Assembly (NCBI GenBank): GCA_964614185.1
Contig: CAZTKJ010000007.1
Coordinates: 5,592 to 69,591 of the forward strand
Reading direction: 5' to 3'
Source: an uncultured Lachnospiraceae bacterium
GTDB lineage: Bacteria > Bacillota > Clostridia > Lachnospirales > Lachnospiraceae
Length of the DNA: 64,000 bases
Part shown: positions 59,898 to 64,000 of the stretch, piece after piece
How the letters are laid out: each line of letters begins with the position of its first letter
Position numbering within the stretch: position 1 is the first letter of the stretch
The notes under the pieces: generated by a model
The model's database searches: none
What the model saw: the letters and a program-made list of their open reading frames with translations, nothing else
Told to the model about the DNA's origin: nothing
Made by a program: the position numbers and the translations under genes

Positions 59898-62156
59898 CTA
59901 TTTACTATACCTGCGGGTTCTCGCATCCGTTATCACTCCGTCAAAATTCATTCCGTATCCAAAATCATACACATGGCCTTCTTCATCCTGATAGCACTTC
60001 ATATCAAATGCTACATCTTCTTTTTGGTCTTCCACTGTCTCCATGTTTGCGGGAATCTGGATCGGCAGAAGTCCCTGGGGAGTAAATCTTCCTGTCAGAA
60101 CATCAAGTACTGCCTCAGGTGTTACACCATATTCTACAAGAATTGCATCTGTATAAGGCTCCAGTTCCGCCATCACCATTGGATTCTTTAAAAAGACTGC
60201 TGCAATGACCGGCTTATTGCCCATTTTCTTTTTCGTATCTATGATAATATCTAAATCTGCTTCATTTGCTGCAGTATTCCATTTACCGCAATAACTGCGG
60301 TCTTTGGATTGTTCTAAAGGATCTCCTCCGGCAATACTTGGTTTTCTTGCAGACAGTGCCTGATAGGGACGGTACTGTAGTGTAACGGGTACATATCCGT
60401 TGCCGCCTGCTTTGCGGTCATCGGGATCATATCCTACAGAAATAGGAGATTCGATAAAGCACAGTGCTGCATCTGCTTCCTCCGGTGTATCCACCACTGT
60501 AAAATACCGGGATGCCACCTGCTTTGCCTCTGGTGTTATCTTCTGTTCTTTCGTAGGATGGCTCATAAAGTCCAGATATGATTTTACATATCTGTCCGGA
60601 ATATAAACCTTGATCCCCTCTTTTAAAGGAAGTACTTTTTTCTTATTTTTCAGCATTGTCACAGATTTAAGCTGGGAAAGATATCCCTTTTCCTTAAAAG
60701 CAGGACATCCCACCGTATTTTGTGATTCTTCCAGATCCAGATAAGGATTTTCAAACAACCCTGTTCGGAAAATATTCAGAAGAAGCCTGTAAGCAGACCG
60801 TCTGAACCGGGCATCTGTTTCTTCTCTGCCATACTTTTCACAACTCATCTTGTATGCTTCCATAACCGGCTCTACCTTGTTATTCCCTCCAAACTGGTCA
60901 ACACCGGCTTCTATTGCTTTAAGATGACGTTCTGCTTCTGAAAGATGCTCCACACCCCAGCACTTTCCTGCAAAAGTTTCTTCCGCTTCTCCAATGTCAT
61001 GGGTAATTCCCCAATCTGTGCATACCACACCTTCATATCCAAGTTCTTCTCTGAGCAGATCCTGTATCAGATATTTATTGTAAGAATTTCCCACATTTTC
61101 TCCATACTTCTGGTCTATTCCATAAGAAATCGTATAGTACGGCATGACTGCACTTGCTTTTTTCGTCTTACCTTCCAGAGAAAATGCACCTTCTGTAAAT
61201 GGTTTCAAATGTTCCTTAAAATTCTCTCCCGGATAAACAGCATATTTTCCATAGGCATAATGGGCATCTCTTCCTCCTTCACACATTCCTCCACCCGGAA
61301 AATGCTTTACCATAGTATTTACGCTGTCACTGCCCCAGCCGTCACTGCTGTCCTTGGTGGTTTGAAATCCGTCACAATACGCTTTGCCCATGTCTATGGT
61401 CATTCCGGTATGTTCTCCAAAAGTATCTGCAAACCGCATCCACCTTGGTTCTGTTGCCAGATCAATCTGTGGGGACAGTGCCGTTGTAATTCCCAGTGCA
61501 CGATACTCCTTAGAAGCAATTTCCCCAAATTCCTTCACTAATTCCGGATCAAAAGAGGCTGATAATCCTATTCCGTTGGCCCATTTGGAAATAGGTTCTC
61601 CGGTCACTCCCATATATTCTGCTGTGGAACCGGCCCCATGTCTTGGATCGGAACTGTTATTTGCAGGAATTCCAAAGCCTGCTCCTTCTGCCAGTGCCTG
61701 CAGTTTATTATTCCAGCGTACTGCCGCTTTTGTGCTTTCCAAAGACATGATCAGAACATGACGTACCTTGTCCTTTACAATAAATTCCTTCTGCTGGTCT
61801 GTCAGCTCCCATGGGTCTGCGCCACTTTCTTCATAACTCTTTCCATCATAGGTTCCTCCAAAAGCTCCCGCCATAGCCCCTTTTGCCGGAATCAACTGAT
61901 GGGCGCTATACAGCATAAGTCCCGCAATGTCCTCAATAGAAATTCTTTCTGACAAGTCCTTTGCCCTCTCTTCATAAGAAAGCCGCCAGTCCTCATAAGG
62001 AACCAGTTTCCCTGTTCCAAGAAAATCCTTAAAAGCATATCCATCCTCTGTCAGAATATCTACTTTACTGTCCGTGGCAATTCCAAGAGTTTTTCCTTCG
62101 TCATTTACCACCAGGTAATACCCGTCTTTTTCAATCTTTTTCCACTTCTTCTCCAT
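59898..62156 (-). CDS. GH3 beta-glucosidase-like glycoside hydrolase
   Basis: EPRWMRFADTFGE, KHFPGGG, CTDWG nucleophile; no signal peptide. Confidence 0.92.
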   Translation of the reverse strand: MEKKWKKIEKDGYYLVVNDEGKTLGIATDSKVDILTEDGYAFKDFLGTGKLVPYEDWRLSYEERAKDLSERISIEDIAGLMLYSAHQLIPAKGAMAGAFGGTYDGKSYEESGADPWELTDQQKEFIVKDKVRHVLIMSLESTKAAVRWNNKLQALAEGAGFGIPANNSSDPRHGAGSTAEYMGVTGEPISKWANGIGLSASFDPELVKEFGEIASKEYRALGITTALSPQIDLATEPRWMRFADTFGEHTGMTIDMGKAYCDGFQTTKDSSDGWGSDSVNTMVKHFPGGGMCEGGRDAHYAYGKYAVYPGENFKEHLKPFTEGAFSLEGKTKKASAVMPYYTISYGIDQKYGENVGNSYNKYLIQDLLREELGYEGVVCTDWGITHDIGEAEETFAGKCWGVEHLSEAERHLKAIEAGVDQFGGNNKVEPVMEAYKMSCEKYGREETDARFRRSAYRLLLNIFRTGLFENPYLDLEESQNTVGCPAFKEKGYLSQLKSVTMLKNKKKVLPLKEGIKVYIPDRYVKSYLDFMSHPTKEQKITPEAKQVASRYFTVVDTPEEADAALCFIESPISVGYDPDDRKAGGNGYVPVTLQYRPYQALSARKPSIAGGDPLEQSKDRSYCGKWNTAANEADLDIIIDTKKKMGNKPVIAAVFLKNPMVMAELEPYTDAILVEYGVTPEAVLDVLTGRFTPQGLLPIQIPANMETVEDQKEDVAFDMKCYQDEEGHVYDFGYGMNFDGVITDARTRRYSK

Positions 62157-62190
62157 AAGATACCACGTCCCCTGTTCCTGCCAATATCAA

Positions 62191-63756
62191 TTAGTGCTGT
62201 ATATCCTGAGTTTCCATGATTTTGACCATATTAAAAGGCGGAAGAATACTGTCGATCAGCTCATACAAAGCATCATCAAAATTCATTCTTACCTCACATA
62301 CTCTGTCAAAGATCATGGTAGGCTCCTGCGCAGTTGTTACCGCCGGCCATGCCGGCAGATTATCATGGCCCGGATTGCCTGTCTTTGCAAATGCAATAAA
62401 GGCATCAAACATCTGTGATTCCAGCTTATCGCTTACTCCCGGCATACCGCAGATTTCCACCTTGTCTGTATTGTGGAAGAAAAACGGTATGTCAGAACAA
62501 TGCCATGCTATCTTATTGTACATAAAAGGAAATTCCAAAGTGAAATCATACAGGTAGGTATTCTTTTTCCCACCTTTGGCATGCATTCCGGCAAGCAGTT
62601 TTGAAGACTGACGCATAGCACGGTCAACTACCAGCAAATCCGTTGCATTCTTATCCGGATAAGCCTTTTTAAAGGCTTCTATCATTTCCTCTGTGTGCTC
62701 CTTATAAACTTTTCTGACTTCTTCTCTAATCTGTTCTTCTGTTAATTCCATCTTATTAAATGTGGCCGGTGCAAATGAAAATTCTCCAAATACGGTTCCG
62801 ATCAATACAGGAACATCATAAGCATGTTCACGCAGACCATAATCTAAAGGATGACCTGCATAGTAATCGTTGACCAGAGGATTCCCTCCAATATAGCCAC
62901 CTTTCCTTGCAATAGCCGGACTTACCTTGGCATATGCTTCTGCCAGCTGCGGATAAGGTATTGTTTCCAGTTTGTCAACTTCCTCTTCTGTCCATCCAAA
63001 TTCATTTAGCAAAGCCATGACGATTTCCCGTCCGTTTCCTTTTTCAGCATACAGCATTCCCTTATCCCGGTTGCTGACGCCACTCATGATCATTCCTTTA
63101 TGAAACAGACCGTCTGCTTCTTTGATCTGCATTAGATCCGCTACCTTACATCCTCCTCCGGACTGTCCGAAAACAGTGACATTATCAGGATCTCCTCCAA
63201 AGGCAGAAATATTGTCATGAATCCATTTCAGTGCTGCAACCATATCTGCATGACCTGCGTTCCCTGAATTCTGATATTTTTCTCCAAAAGGCGATAAATC
63301 CAGATAACCGAGAATATTCAGTCTGTGGTTAATAGACACTACTACCACATCCCCCTGCATACACATATTGAATCCGTCATATGCCTCCTGTTCTATGGAA
63401 GAGCCTGCAAAATATCCACCTCCATGAAGCCATACTACTACAGGATTTTTAGCTTCTTTATCCAGTGCTTTCGTCCAGATATTTAAGTTCTGGCAATGTT
63501 CATTCTGCGGCCAGTAACGATGGGGCACCATCAGTTCTCCATTTGGTGTTTCCTGAGCCATAAGAGGGCATACGAAGCCATAAGACGTTACATCTTTAAC
63601 CCCCTCCCATTTTGATTCCACCGGCATTTGAAACCGGTCTGCATAGGCATAGGGAATTCCCTTAAAAATATATTCGCCGTCATAAAAATACCCCTTTAAT
63701 TTTCCGGAAGTTGTTTCCAGTACCGGAACATCATCATACCTGAATGTTTTAACCAT
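62191..63756 (-). CDS. type-B carboxylesterase (pNB-esterase-like)
   Basis: FKGIPYA, WLHGGG, GQSGGG catalytic Ser, AWHCSD; start moved to MVKTF. Confidence 0.93.
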   Translation of the reverse strand: MVKTFRYDDVPVLETTSGKLKGYFYDGEYIFKGIPYAYADRFQMPVESKWEGVKDVTSYGFVCPLMAQETPNGELMVPHRYWPQNEHCQNLNIWTKALDKEAKNPVVVWLHGGGYFAGSSIEQEAYDGFNMCMQGDVVVVSINHRLNILGYLDLSPFGEKYQNSGNAGHADMVAALKWIHDNISAFGGDPDNVTVFGQSGGGCKVADLMQIKEADGLFHKGMIMSGVSNRDKGMLYAEKGNGREIVMALLNEFGWTEEEVDKLETIPYPQLAEAYAKVSPAIARKGGYIGGNPLVNDYYAGHPLDYGLREHAYDVPVLIGTVFGEFSFAPATFNKMELTEEQIREEVRKVYKEHTEEMIEAFKKAYPDKNATDLLVVDRAMRQSSKLLAGMHAKGGKKNTYLYDFTLEFPFMYNKIAWHCSDIPFFFHNTDKVEICGMPGVSDKLESQMFDAFIAFAKTGNPGHDNLPAWPAVTTAQEPTMIFDRVCEVRMNFDDALYELIDSILPPFNMVKIMETQDIQH

Positions 63757-63801
63757 TGTATACCCTCCCATTTTTAATTTTGACATAATTACATTATCTT
63801 T

Positions 63802-63830
63802 ATTGTATCAAGCCACCGCCATGATGACTA
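63802..63830 (-). promoter_or_regulatory. probable promoter of the esterase-GH3-AKR genes
   Basis: TAGTCA-17-TACAAT with extended TG. Confidence 0.45.
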
Positions 63831-63883
63831 GTCCTTGATCCTTTATTTTCCTATAAAAATTTCTATGTCACCTTTTATTTTTT

Positions 63884-64000
63884 CTAAAATTTAAGATAAA
63901 TACATTCTGACAGACTCTGCGAAGAATTACCTCCTGCAAATATTTCAAATTCTCCGGGCTCTATAATAAACTGCATATCGTTATCATAATATCCTAATTT
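63884..64000 (-). CDS. 3' end of another GH3 glycosidase (Fn3-like C-terminus), partial
   Basis: manual translation KLGYYDNDMQFIIEPGEFEIFAGGNSSQSLSECIYLKF*; EPGEFEIFAGGNS is typical of GH3 C-termini. Confidence 0.75.
   Translation of the reverse strand, partial: KLGYYDNDMQFIIEPGEFEIFAGGNSSQSLSECIYLKF

Noticed and set aside
458-62557. many short ORFs antisense to or overlapping long genes (e.g. 23789..24508, 22720..23301, 12520..13092, 60945..61541)
   Set aside because: shadow frames of well-supported genes, without RBS or recognisable motifs
58849-63840. GTCCTTGATC 10-mer present at 58849 and 63831
   Set aside because: only two copies with different spacing to candidate -10 boxes; compatible with chance
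1-64000. CRISPR array, rRNA, prophage or full-length transposase
   Set aside because: no regularly spaced repeats, rRNA signatures, or phage/transposase motifs noticed by eye

Overview
AT-rich Bacillota chromosome segment. Gene content and order suggest a flagellated Lachnospiraceae-like clostridium (inference). 1-35.6 kb is mostly core and on the minus strand: comF/recD2, flagellar rod genes, mreB, uvrBA with a LexA box, CdaR-ftsEX-M23-CtpA, tRNA-Gln(CTG), and the ireB-ruvX-rnj-O-methyltransferase-U32 cluster running into a type III glutamine synthetase, plus mtaB, iscS-thiI and prmA-rsmE. 35.7-64 kb is accessory: a GH3/ABC/AraC sugar locus, GNAT/MBL genes, a HelD-like helicase and an esterase-GH3-aldo/keto reductase cluster. 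The top candidate for an undescribed system is 50640-58675. This operon joins an exporter-type membrane-fusion (periplasmic adaptor) protein, two importer-type MalF/MalG permeases and two paralogous ~800-aa lipoproteins (Asp-box propeller-like region fused to a solute-binding domain). It has no ATPase and a direct-repeat promoter. Also found outside the ORF track: a ~236-bp MITE-like element in the araC leader, a tRNA, and the 3' end of a third GH3 at the window edge. All family assignments come from motif recognition by eye; no database searches were run. Several starts were moved to RBS-supported codons.
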